From the IMG/VR virus record IMGVR_UViG_3300011202_000008: DNA of 64,000 bases; one strand, given 5' to 3'. Both the position numbers and the translations under genes were made by a program. The notes beneath the pieces were generated by a model that did no database searches, was not told the DNA's origin, and was given only the letters and a program-made list of their open reading frames with translations. Positions 1 through 9,198 of the stretch are shown here, one piece after another. The stretch comes from an uncultured virus (IMG/VR IMGVR_UViG_3300011202_000008) (taxonomy: Duplodnaviria > Heunggongvirae > Uroviricota > Caudoviricetes). Numbering within the stretch: position 1 is the first letter of the stretch; each line of letters begins with the position of its first letter.

Positions 1-1407
1 ATGAAATTTAAAAAAACAGTTATTAGCTTATCGCTTGTTGTTTCTTTTTTTGCGGGTAATTGTTATGCGTATAATGAAGATCTTTTTGAGACGGACGCAC
101 CTTCAACTCCTCCACAAAAAGTAGAACCTAAAATTACACCTAAAGTAAACGTAGCACCTCCTGTAAAAAAGGCGGTAACACAACCTTTATCTACATCTAT
201 TAAAATTGATAGTAAACCAATTGACGATCCTAAGTATAATAAGATCGTTCTTGTACCTATTCCTGAAACTGTTCCAAAGGAAAAGAAGAAAATTAAATTA
301 CCTTCTGCCTTTGAAGATAATACACCAGTAGCTAAAATGGTAGATTATGAAGAATATTTAAAAACGCAGAAAAAAACAGAAAAACCCAAAAATATACAAA
401 AACAAGTTAATAAAGATGAGACACCAGAACAATATGTAGATAATTTTTTTGATTACAATAAAGAAAAAGATAATCAATTAAAAGTTGGATCCAATAAAGA
501 TGCTAATTTGGAAAATAATATTAGTAATTTCTTTGCTCAATATAATACAAGCTCTAAAAAAGCGGATAGTGAAGAAGCCAAACAGAAAAAAGTAGATGCT
601 AAAGTATCTCCTTTGGTGCCATCAACTAAAAAGGATGACCCTATAAAGAGTATTCAACAACCTAAAGTTTTATTAAAAGATGAAATTAATAAAAACAGTA
701 AAGATAAAATTTCTTTGATACCTATTCCTGAAACTTTACCTAAAAGACAGTACATTCCACATGCTATTAGAGGGGATAAAGTTGATACTAAAATGTTAGG
801 TTCTGAAGTTTATATACGTATTTTCAAAGAAGATCATTCTCTTGAAATGTATTTAAAGCAGGGAGAAAAATATTATCTTGCAAATGTTTACAATATCTGT
901 ACATATAATGGTGGATTAGGTCCTAAAAAATACTCAGGAGATAACAAAAGTCCAGAAGGTTTTTATAGAGTTAACTTAAACAGTTTACAACCTAACAGTA
1001 GCTATTATAAAGCAATCAACATTGGATTCCCTAATGCCTTTGATAGAAGTCATGGTTATACCGGAAAATATCTTATGATACATGGCGGGTGTCAATCTAT
1101 TGGATGTTATGCTATGACTAATGACTACATTAAAGAGATTTACCAATTTGTGCAAGCTTCTTTCAGAAATGGACAGAGAACAATCAATATTGATATATTC
1201 CCTTTCAGAATGACTGATGACAATCTTAACTCTCATAAAAATTCTCCAAACTATGCTTTTTGGAAACAATTACAACCGGGTTACAAATATTTTGAAGCGT
1301 ATAGGAAACCTCCAGAAGTTGATGTTGTAAAAGGTCAATATGTAGTAAATATGCCATCTAGCTATCAAGATCCAGATAAAATATCTCTCTTCGCTAATAA
1401 TCAATAA
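1..1407 (+). CDS. yafK: YafK/DpaA(LdtF)-family YkuD-domain peptidoglycan enzyme with signal peptide and long Pro/Lys-rich linker
   Basis: N-terminal signal peptide. The C-terminal ~200 aa carry VYIRIFKE, GLGPK..GD.KSPEGFY and YLMIHGGCQSIGCYAMT (catalytic His/Cys), typical of YafK. Confidence 0.85.
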   Translation: MKFKKTVISLSLVVSFFAGNCYAYNEDLFETDAPSTPPQKVEPKITPKVNVAPPVKKAVTQPLSTSIKIDSKPIDDPKYNKIVLVPIPETVPKEKKKIKLPSAFEDNTPVAKMVDYEEYLKTQKKTEKPKNIQKQVNKDETPEQYVDNFFDYNKEKDNQLKVGSNKDANLENNISNFFAQYNTSSKKADSEEAKQKKVDAKVSPLVPSTKKDDPIKSIQQPKVLLKDEINKNSKDKISLIPIPETLPKRQYIPHAIRGDKVDTKMLGSEVYIRIFKEDHSLEMYLKQGEKYYLANVYNICTYNGGLGPKKYSGDNKSPEGFYRVNLNSLQPNSSYYKAINIGFPNAFDRSHGYTGKYLMIHGGCQSIGCYAMTNDYIKEIYQFVQASFRNGQRTINIDIFPFRMTDDNLNSHKNSPNYAFWKQLQPGYKYFEAYRKPPEVDVVKGQYVVNMPSSYQDPDKISLFANNQ

Positions 1408-1412
1408 AAACT

Positions 1413-1439
1413 AAAATCCTCTGCCACAGAGGATTTTTT
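1413..1439 (+). terminator. Intrinsic terminator
   Basis: aaaatcctctg-cca-cagaggatttt plus T run, right after the stop codon. Confidence 0.8.
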
Positions 1440-1501
1440 CTTGTTTAACATACAATATTTATGTATAATAACGTCATATTTTAAAACATAAAGGTTAAAA
1501 A

Positions 1502-1954
1502 ATGATTCCATATAACGATAAAGTTAAATTTCCTCAACTGGTTATTCAAAAAGATAAATATGCTGATTCTCACTATTTAGCTAACTCTCTTGACGATTTG
1601 TTAAATATTGGCTGGCACATTTTTAAACAGTGGGTTGAAAATAATTACTTTGATTATCTTGAAGGACGTTCACAGCCAGAAGTTGATTTATTGAATCAAG
1701 AGCATGCAGATACTTTTCCTTGGGTTTATGCTCCATATTCCGTTCTTGACGCTTATAAATTTTATATTGAAGTTGTAGAACTTTTTGAAAACGGTGAGAA
1801 AAGCGAAGTATTGGAAAAAACGTTTAAATATCGTCCTGATCTCATTGAAAAAATGAGTGATACCAAATACTGGAAAATTAAAGCTCTAAAAGTTATCCGT
1901 GATACTCATGGTGAGTATATGGAAGTAGAAACTAAATCTTTTGACAAATTTTAA
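1502..1954 (+). CDS. Hypothetical protein
   Basis: 150 aa ORF with AAGG RBS and upstream TATAAT. Confidence 0.7.
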   Translation: MIPYNDKVKFPQLVIQKDKYADSHYLANSLDDLLNIGWHIFKQWVENNYFDYLEGRSQPEVDLLNQEHADTFPWVYAPYSVLDAYKFYIEVVELFENGEKSEVLEKTFKYRPDLIEKMSDTKYWKIKALKVIRDTHGEYMEVETKSFDKF

Positions 1955-1967
1955 TTAAAGGAATGAT

Positions 1968-3587
1968 ATGGATATTGATGATATTACTGTTAATCAATTT
2001 TTTTCTCCCGTTTCGGTTGATTTAATTGATAACGTTATTGCACGATATGAGTATGATAAAAATAAAATTGTGAGTGTTTCAGATAATCTAATTCGAGAAC
2101 TCTCAACCGTTTTCCATTACTTCGTTAATGGTAATTCTAGTAAAGATAGTATTTATCGATCTATTTCACCAGAAGTTCTTTTCAAAAAAGAAGGTGCTAT
2201 TCAAGATCTAAATGACAAATATTGGGATAGTATTTTAACGTTAACGGACGTTAGAAAGTTAATGCCTCAAAAACGTAGAGAAGAATGGGATAAGCAGATT
2301 GCTAACCATGAAACCCCTGAATTTAATCAAGAGAACGTAAGAGCTACTGTTATGTCTCTGCTAAACTCTCGTGCAGATTTTATCGCTGAAAAAGTTGATG
2401 GCGTTTTCAATAACCTTTCTAAAGTTCATGTTACTAACTGTCCAGAAGGTTTCTATAAAAGAATGATTATGGGTGGTGTATTTAGTGGCAATGATTACCC
2501 TGATTATAAACAAAAAGGTTATATTGATGATTTGAGAGATGTTGTTGGGCGAATTATGAAACGTGGCGAATATGACTATGGAACAACATATAGTATACTT
2601 GCCCATGCTTACAATAACTCTGGTAAGTGGATTTCTCTTGATGGTAATGCCATTAAAATAAAGGCATTTAAAAAAGGAACAGTTCATCTTGAGGTTCATC
2701 CTGATATTGCTTTAGAACTTAATATTATTTTATCGCATCTTTATCCGACTGCTATTCCTCAAAAAAATAGAGATCGTAAAGAAGCCATAAGAAATAAAGA
2801 TAAAAAATATGAGTTGAACTTGAATACTTTACCATTTAATATCATTAAAGCATTAAATGCTCTTGATAAACCACCCCTTATTCAGAAAGAAAGTAGTAGA
2901 TTTAGAGAATATCGTGGTTGGACAGATAATGAAAATAGTTTACGTATTTCTTCTACTATTAGTGATGTTGATAGTAAAGAAGTCTATAAAATATTAGAAT
3001 TCTTAGGTGGCGAACGTAAACAAATAAATATGGCTATTTGGCATGAATTTGATTATGACATTAAAAAAGTAATTCAAGAAATTGTTTTATCTGGCAATCT
3101 ACCAGATATTAAAACATTCCAATATTACCCTACTCCGGCACCTTTAGCAGAGTTTGTTGTTGATTGGGCTGATATTGATGATGATCATAAGTGCTTGGAG
3201 CCAAGTGCTGGTCAGGGAGGTATTGCTAAGTTTTTACCAATTGAACAAACTACATGTGTTGAGATTTCGAAACTAAATACAGAAATTTTAAAAAACAAAG
3301 GCTTCAATCAGATTATTAATGATGATTTTGTTCAATGGGCATCAAAAACTAGTGAGCGATTTGATAGAGTTGTTATGAATCCTCCATTTAGTGATGGACG
3401 TGCTGAACTTCATACTAAAATGGCTTTTTCGTTATTAAATAATGATGGAGTATTAGTTGCTATTCTTCCGGGATCATTTAAAAACAAACAGATTATAAAA
3501 GGCGCAAAACATGAATACTCTGATTCAATGAAGGACTTGTTTGCTGGAACAGGAGTTTCTGTTGTTGTTGTAAGAATTGAAAAATAA
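1968..3587 (+). CDS. DUF4942-like N-terminal domain fused to an N6-adenine DNA methyltransferase
   Basis: QYYPTP, LEPSAGQG (SAM motif I) and VMNPPF (catalytic motif); the N-terminal IKAFKKGTVHL region is typical of DUF4942 proteins. Confidence 0.8.
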   Translation: MDIDDITVNQFFSPVSVDLIDNVIARYEYDKNKIVSVSDNLIRELSTVFHYFVNGNSSKDSIYRSISPEVLFKKEGAIQDLNDKYWDSILTLTDVRKLMPQKRREEWDKQIANHETPEFNQENVRATVMSLLNSRADFIAEKVDGVFNNLSKVHVTNCPEGFYKRMIMGGVFSGNDYPDYKQKGYIDDLRDVVGRIMKRGEYDYGTTYSILAHAYNNSGKWISLDGNAIKIKAFKKGTVHLEVHPDIALELNIILSHLYPTAIPQKNRDRKEAIRNKDKKYELNLNTLPFNIIKALNALDKPPLIQKESSRFREYRGWTDNENSLRISSTISDVDSKEVYKILEFLGGERKQINMAIWHEFDYDIKKVIQEIVLSGNLPDIKTFQYYPTPAPLAEFVVDWADIDDDHKCLEPSAGQGGIAKFLPIEQTTCVEISKLNTEILKNKGFNQIINDDFVQWASKTSERFDRVVMNPPFSDGRAELHTKMAFSLLNNDGVLVAILPGSFKNKQIIKGAKHEYSDSMKDLFAGTGVSVVVVRIEK

Positions 3588-3603
3588 CTATTAAGGAAAT
3601 TAA

Positions 3604-3840
3604 ATGTCAGATTCTAAGTTAAGTTTTAAAGTAATTTATCGTAAAGGTCTTTGGTATGTAGAGGCAGAATATATTGTTTATAATGCTCGTGTAGATATAT
3701 ATGAGCCGCCTGTTGCTGAAATGATCTTGGATAAGAAATCTAGACCTTATAGTGCTCGACCTACACCTAAACAGATTAGAAGGGAAAAATCTTATTTAGG
3801 TGAGACCCTCAAATGGGAAGCTGTGTTAGAATGTGTTTAA
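3604..3840 (+). CDS. Hypothetical protein
   Basis: 78 aa ORF, AAGGA RBS, likely co-transcribed with the MTase. Confidence 0.6.
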   Translation: MSDSKLSFKVIYRKGLWYVEAEYIVYNARVDIYEPPVAEMILDKKSRPYSARPTPKQIRREKSYLGETLKWEAVLECV

Positions 3841-3847
3841 AATTATG

Positions 3848-3876
3848 TTGTATTTTAGTCTATAATACATTATAAT
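3848..3876 (+). promoter_or_regulatory. sigma70-type promoter upstream of a non-coding region
   Basis: TTGTAT-17 bp-TATAAT. Confidence 0.65.
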
Positions 3877-3880
3877 CATT

Positions 3881-4193
3881 CACAATGACGCCTGCAATGT
3901 TATTTAATGTTAGTGGGCTTTTATTTCGTCTTGTGGTGGCAAGACGTTAATGCGCTAAAGTAATCCTTATTAGGATGAACTCAAGTTGAGATTGGAGCTT
4001 ATGATGCTGACAGGACAGTATAGCTCGACACCTTAAGTGGTTTTCCTGCCACCATAAATATTTTGACAATAATACCATTTATTGTTATTATCAAAGCAAC
4101 TACACCTCTCTGGCCTCTTAATAATGCTCATTAAGAGAGGTTCTTTTTAAAGACCGATGCGCCGGGAATTGGACCCGTCCTATTTGGTCTTTA
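3881..4193 (+). ncRNA. Putative structured ncRNA (core domain 3938-4054)
   Basis: GC-elevated, ORF-free stretch after a promoter. Nested stems are closed by GGCAAGA (3938-44)/TCCTGCC (4044-50) followed by ACCA. Confidence 0.55.
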
Positions 4194-4216
4194 TCAATTT
4201 TACTGAGGATAAAAAT

Positions 4217-4708
4217 ATGAGAACTGACATAATACTTGATTTAGGGCTTTATTTTATTAGTAATACTTCTGGCATTAAAAATAAAGAACGTCTTAATGAT
4301 TTTATTGTGTTTTCTGAAATTCTCAAACTTCAATGTTTTCAGGATTCTTTAACTGATTCTGAATACTACATAAAAAATAATAAGATTATGGTTCTTTCTC
4401 TTGATGAAGTATTACAGAGCAGCACTCCACTTGAAGAAGTATTCTTTGAAACTGAATATGCTTATGATAACTTCTCTGTTGCTACTACAAAACTCCTTGA
4501 TGAAGCAATGGTTACTTTTGATAATCAACCTGATGTCGTTAAGACCCTCCTTTCAAAATCAATACCTAATAATAGGAATCTAGATGTATTTTCTGATGAG
4601 TTTTATTATTGTGTTTTAAAGCAAACAGAACTATCAGAAGAAAATATTACTTATGTTATTGATAGAATCAAGCATTTTCAATATATTTATAATACTTTCG
4701 CAGTTTAA
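4217..4708 (+). CDS. Hypothetical protein, possibly a degenerate Panacea/SocA (DUF4065)-like antitoxin domain
   Basis: GAGGA RBS before ATG 4217, so the ORF-track start at 4157 is likely too early. LYFI...KERLNDFIVFSE...SLTDSEY resembles the Panacea N-terminus. Confidence 0.4.
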   Translation: MRTDIILDLGLYFISNTSGIKNKERLNDFIVFSEILKLQCFQDSLTDSEYYIKNNKIMVLSLDEVLQSSTPLEEVFFETEYAYDNFSVATTKLLDEAMVTFDNQPDVVKTLLSKSIPNNRNLDVFSDEFYYCVLKQTELSEENITYVIDRIKHFQYIYNTFAV

Positions 4709-4779
4709 TTAGCTTTTGTTTTGAAATCAAACAAAACATAGTATATTATTAATCAACTATGTTTAAACAGGATTATAAT

Positions 4780-5229
4780 ATGAACTTTTCTTTAGATAAT
4801 ATTGCTATAGGCTTACTCACTTTCAGCATTATAATGGTTATTTTTATTATTGTTTCTATATTTAGAAATGCAAAAAGAAAAAATTATATCTATTCATCAT
4901 TGCTCTTGATTCCCTTTTTTATTGGTGTATTATCTGTTATTTTTTTCACTTTCGGTCTGGTTTACCCTTCTTTAAATATTCAGAAAAGCCAAATCAACAT
5001 TGGCTATGTAACACATAATCAAACAGATAGTAAAGATATTATTTATATTCAAACGAACAAAGGTTATGCCATCGCTTTTAATGGAAAAGAGGATTGTGTT
5101 CCTTCTGATTGGGATAAACATGATGAAATTAAATTAGTCACTTATAAACATGGCAATCAAAAAGTAAAATTTCCTATGATGGATATAAGCAGTTCACCTG
5201 TTTGTGATATCATAAGTATTAATAAGTAA
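4780..5229 (+). CDS. Membrane protein (2 TM)
   Basis: Two hydrophobic segments; AGGA RBS before ATG 4780. Confidence 0.65.
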   Translation: MNFSLDNIAIGLLTFSIIMVIFIIVSIFRNAKRKNYIYSSLLLIPFFIGVLSVIFFTFGLVYPSLNIQKSQINIGYVTHNQTDSKDIIYIQTNKGYAIAFNGKEDCVPSDWDKHDEIKLVTYKHGNQKVKFPMMDISSSPVCDIISINK

Positions 5230-5242
5230 TCTGGAGAACAAC

Positions 5243-5644
5243 ATGAAAAAATATACAGTAGGTTTTATATTTAGTGATGATTTTAAAAACGTATTATTAA
5301 TTAAGAAAACAAAACCTGCTGATCAAGCTGGTTTATTTAATGGTATTGGCGGAAAATTTGAAGAGTTTGATGTAGATGCCCCAGCTTGTGTTAGTCGAGA
5401 AGTAAAAGAAGAAACAGGGTTAGATATACTTCCAGATTTTTGGGCAGAAGTTGGATCATATTCTGACAATGAATATTATTATGTTTCTATTTTAACTTCT
5501 ATTGTTCCTTTTTCAACTTTATCAAATGCTCAGTCTCTAACAGAAGAAGAAGTTTCTATTGTTCCTATGGATAAGCTTGATGAAATTCCTTTCGCTAACA
5601 TGGCTAGAGAAATGCTTGAACATTGTCGAAAAGTTTATATTTAA
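5243..5644 (+). CDS. Nudix hydrolase (MutT-like)
   Basis: Nudix box GGKFEE...REVKEETGL. Confidence 0.85.
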   Translation: MKKYTVGFIFSDDFKNVLLIKKTKPADQAGLFNGIGGKFEEFDVDAPACVSREVKEETGLDILPDFWAEVGSYSDNEYYYVSILTSIVPFSTLSNAQSLTEEEVSIVPMDKLDEIPFANMAREMLEHCRKVYI

Positions 5645-5740
5645 AATATTTCGATATTTTATATCAAATATACTTGTCTTATTCCCTTTTACTTTTTATA
5701 ATAGATATATAATGTTAAAACTAAAAGGGAACATATAATT

Positions 5741-6562
5741 ATGGCAACTGAACCAACACAATATAAAGTAGATCAAGCAGTAGAGCTTCTTAATAGCCTT
5801 AACAGTGGTGTTATTGTTAAACTTGTTGATATTCAGCAAGACTGTCTTCATGGAGTAGTATGTGATAGACGTGTTTACGATAACAATTTAAACCCTCTCA
5901 TTTCTCTTCTTCAAACAACAAACTTCAATGTTGTAGAGCTTGATAAAATTATTGATGCTGCTAGTAACCTTACCGATAGCATCTATCATCCTAAAGCTGA
6001 ATTTGAAGTTGGTTATGATTTGCGTCATAACGCAATTGAAAATGCTAATGAAAGAGTCGCAGAAGTAACAGGTAATCTTGAAGTAGGTCAATCAATTAAA
6101 CTTGGTGTAAATGATAACTACAAAGATTTTATTCAAGCTAATATGAATAAAGCATTCCGTGACAATATCAGCAGCTATGCTAATGGTATTTTGATGAATG
6201 ATGCAGCAGAACATATGGAATTTATTAATAAAAAAGGACAAAAAGAAGGTCTTTCTCATGATGAAATTTCTGCTGAACAAGAAAAATTCATGACTGGTTT
6301 AAAATCTGGTGCATTTGGGTTAAGTGCTGAAGAAAAATACGAAAAACTTGGTAAAGCTATTAAAAAATATTCTTTATTTACTGAAGGTCAAATGCCTAAA
6401 GACCCTAAAACTCTTGCTAAAGATATCGCTCACTCTATTGATGGATTTATGGATGATCTTTATGTTCGTCGTAATGAAAGAAAAGTTGAAAGTGAAAGAC
6501 TTGGCCTTGATGTTAACAGTCAGCAAGGCTATGAATATCAAAGACCTCGCACTAAATTTTAA
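5741..6562 (+). CDS. Hypothetical protein with basic C-terminal tail
   Basis: 273 aa ORF with its own promoter and terminator (6582-6607); ends QRPRTKF. Confidence 0.75.
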   Translation: MATEPTQYKVDQAVELLNSLNSGVIVKLVDIQQDCLHGVVCDRRVYDNNLNPLISLLQTTNFNVVELDKIIDAASNLTDSIYHPKAEFEVGYDLRHNAIENANERVAEVTGNLEVGQSIKLGVNDNYKDFIQANMNKAFRDNISSYANGILMNDAAEHMEFINKKGQKEGLSHDEISAEQEKFMTGLKSGAFGLSAEEKYEKLGKAIKKYSLFTEGQMPKDPKTLAKDIAHSIDGFMDDLYVRRNERKVESERLGLDVNSQQGYEYQRPRTKF

Positions 6563-6703
6563 GACACATATATCTTATATCAAAAACCTGCTCCGGCAGG
6601 TTTTTTTATTCCTTTTTAATCTTTGATTTTCACGTTTAAATTATATAAAATCTCGCCATGAAAAATATAAAACAAATAACAATAAAAAAAGGATATAAAT
6701 AAA

Positions 6704-7252
6704 ATGGATAAAATAGCGATTATAGATTTAGAATGCACTTGTGACGATACAGGTAAAATAATTCCTAGACATGAAATGGAAATTATTGAGATTGGCTGCG
6801 TTATTGCTGATTTAAACGGTAATACTTATAATGAGTTCAACTGTTTTGTTAAGCCTATCATACATCAAACTCTTACTCCTTTCTGCACATCATTAACATC
6901 TATCACTCAAGAACAAGTTAATAACGGCATTTCTCTTGAAAAAGCCTTAAGTGCTCTTGATGACTTTTTGTTTAATGAAAATGTTAATCAATGGGGTTCT
7001 TGGGGAGGATTTGATGCAAATCAGATTCGTAAAGATATTAGAAATAATAAGCTTAGTGAAACATCATTCACCTTCTTAAAACTTGAACATATTAATCTTA
7101 GTGCTGAATATGTTATCCAAAATAAACTTCAAAAGAAAGTTGGCGTTAGGAAGGCATTGGGGCAAAATAAAATGAAGTTTATTGGCATTCCTCATCGTGG
7201 CATTGATGATGTAAGAAATATTGCTAGACTACTTCCTTATATTTTTAAGTAA
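6704..7252 (+). CDS. DEDDh 3'-5' exonuclease (ERI-1/KapD-like)
   Basis: IDLECTC, EIIEIG, SWGGFD and HRGIDD motifs. Confidence 0.85.
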   Translation: MDKIAIIDLECTCDDTGKIIPRHEMEIIEIGCVIADLNGNTYNEFNCFVKPIIHQTLTPFCTSLTSITQEQVNNGISLEKALSALDDFLFNENVNQWGSWGGFDANQIRKDIRNNKLSETSFTFLKLEHINLSAEYVIQNKLQKKVGVRKALGQNKMKFIGIPHRGIDDVRNIARLLPYIFK

Positions 7253-7811
7253 CTTTTTCTAGGTTTTTCTCTTTTATGGTTTTTAATGATTTTTCTTCTT
7301 TTATTATATCATCGACTTGCTTTATTATTTTTTTCGATGGTATTAATAATAAATAACTAATACTCAATGTAGATAATAAAAATACTATAGAAAATATACT
7401 TGTAAGTATTACTATATGATTCGTCTCTATAAAGTAAGACATAGCATTGCCAGAATATAACAATAAATCTATTAAATAAGTTATACCATACATAATAGGA
7501 TAAACTCCTGTTAAAAATGAAATCATTATATGATACATTTTTTTTCTCTTTATCATTTTCATTATTTCTGGTGTTATAATAAAATAGTTTTCTACTTTAT
7601 TATCATAATTAAATAATACTTCATCTTCTTTTATTAATGATATTATATCTCCTTTTTTTAAGTCTTTTACTTTTCCTTTTACTTTATATTTTTTATTATG
7701 CTTTAAATAGATGAAAGTTTGTATATCAACATTATAATCATCAGGATCAGACTTTCCTATAACAGTGGTTTCAATATTTTCAATTTCTCCAGATATTATT
7801 TTATTACTCAT
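7245..7811 (-). CDS. Membrane protein, paralogue family A
   Basis: N-terminal beta-rich domain (IISGEIENIET...KKGDII) followed by 2 TM. Confidence 0.7.
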   Translation of the reverse strand: MSNKIISGEIENIETTVIGKSDPDDYNVDIQTFIYLKHNKKYKVKGKVKDLKKGDIISLIKEDEVLFNYDNKVENYFIITPEIMKMIKRKKMYHIMISFLTGVYPIMYGITYLIDLLLYSGNAMSYFIETNHIVILTSIFSIVFLLSTLSISYLLLIPSKKIIKQVDDIIKEEKSLKTIKEKNLEKVT

Positions 7812-8320
7812 CTTCTTTCCTTATCATAGACTTTATTCATTTTAATATCATAGCCTTTGTCTTTATTTATAATATTTTTAGCTTCTCTTATAGTTTTATT
7901 ACTTGGTAGATTAATAAAAAGGAATATAGGCATAAAAGTTAAAACGAATAAAGGGAATAACATATCAACACCACCATTCATGATGTATGATAGATATGCC
8001 ATCTTATATATCAATAGATTATATACTACTAATATTGGACCTATCAAACAGGTTATTCCTATAGTTCCAAACATAAATCTCTCTATTTTCATCATTTTCA
8101 ATGTTTTTTTATTAATAACATCATAAAATTTAGCATGTTTATTTCTCTCGACTAAATATATATTGTCGCCTTTATTAAATCCTTTAATTATCCCTTTAAT
8201 TTTATAATTTTTATTATCGTTCAACGATATTAATGAATATACCTGAGTGGAACCATTTTCTTTTTCAGAAAAAATAGTCTCAATATTTTTTATCTTTCCA
8301 CTAATTATTGTATTATACAT
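7808..8320 (-). CDS. Membrane protein, paralogue family A
   Basis: IISGKIKNIET...NKGDNIYL plus 2 TM; overlapping start/stop with neighbours. Confidence 0.7.
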   Translation of the reverse strand: MYNTIISGKIKNIETIFSEKENGSTQVYSLISLNDNKNYKIKGIIKGFNKGDNIYLVERNKHAKFYDVINKKTLKMMKIERFMFGTIGITCLIGPILVVYNLLIYKMAYLSYIMNGGVDMLFPLFVLTFMPIFLFINLPSNKTIREAKNIINKDKGYDIKMNKVYDKERR

Positions 8321-8843
8321 TTGTATGCTGATAATCCTTAACTAATTGAATTAGACTTTCTTTTTTCTCAAATGGTATTGAGTTTAAATAATCATCTATA
8401 TTTTTCCTTTCTTTTTTATTACTAAAAAATATATAACAATTTAAACCAATCAAAATTACTGACATTACTAATAATAAATAAGATATACCCACATTTAAAT
8501 CTTTACTTATATTACTTACAGACATATATATAAAGAAAAATTGAGCACATAAATTAAACTTATCCATCCATTTAAATTTTCTTTTTTCTTTTATTTTTTC
8601 AGCGTTTTTTTGATTAATGAAATATTTTACTTGATTTCTATCATTATCTGATACAACAAAACCTATATAATCACCTTCCTTGAAATCAAGATCACAATCT
8701 GCATTTAGTATATATCCATTATCCATTGTTATGATATTTTGTGTTTTTAATAATGATTTAGTATGTTGTAAATATTCATCTGTTTCTTTTTCTTCAACTA
8801 TTAATGAATCTATTTTTTTTACTATACCTTTTATTAATATCAT
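8313..8843 (-). CDS. Membrane protein, paralogue family A
   Basis: LIKGIVKKIDS...KEGDYIGF plus 2 TM. Confidence 0.7.
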   Translation of the reverse strand: MILIKGIVKKIDSLIVEEKETDEYLQHTKSLLKTQNIITMDNGYILNADCDLDFKEGDYIGFVVSDNDRNQVKYFINQKNAEKIKEKRKFKWMDKFNLCAQFFFIYMSVSNISKDLNVGISYLLLVMSVILIGLNCYIFFSNKKERKNIDDYLNSIPFEKKESLIQLVKDYQHTNV

Positions 8844-8852
8844 AACATCTCC

Positions 8853-9083
8853 TTAAAAAGTATCTAAAACAGATGTTTCAATCATTTGTTCTTTTAGATC
8901 TCTATAAGCGGCTTGTTTCTGCAATACCTTTGTATCTTCCTTTAAAGCAATATCTATAGCGTGATCAATATCTAAAATATCAAATATGGTATTTGCTTGT
9001 TCAAGAGTTAGCTGTTTACCAAATTGGGTAGCAACAATCATTATATCATCAGTTGTTATTTCGAAACCTAAATCCATATCCAT
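8853..9083 (-). CDS. Hypothetical protein
   Basis: GAGG RBS before ATG 9083. Confidence 0.6.
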   Translation of the reverse strand: MDMDLGFEITTDDIMIVATQFGKQLTLEQANTIFDILDIDHAIDIALKEDTKVLQKQAAYRDLKEQMIETSVLDTF

Positions 9084-9198
9084 AAAGCCTCTCTTATATT
9101 TTTTAAATAGTATTTGTAATGAACCATCATAACACATGTATTATTTGAAAACAAATCGGATTTTAACTTACTATAACTTCACTTTTCATTTTTACCTC

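Noticed and set aside
3881..4193. Retron msr-msd, tmRNA or RNase P RNA as the identity of the ncRNA
   Set aside because: No reverse transcriptase in the window, no T arm before ACCA or tag ORF, and no RNase P conserved core.
4157..4216. N-terminal extension of the 4157 ORF
   Set aside because: It overlaps a GC-rich hairpin; the RBS lies before ATG 4217.
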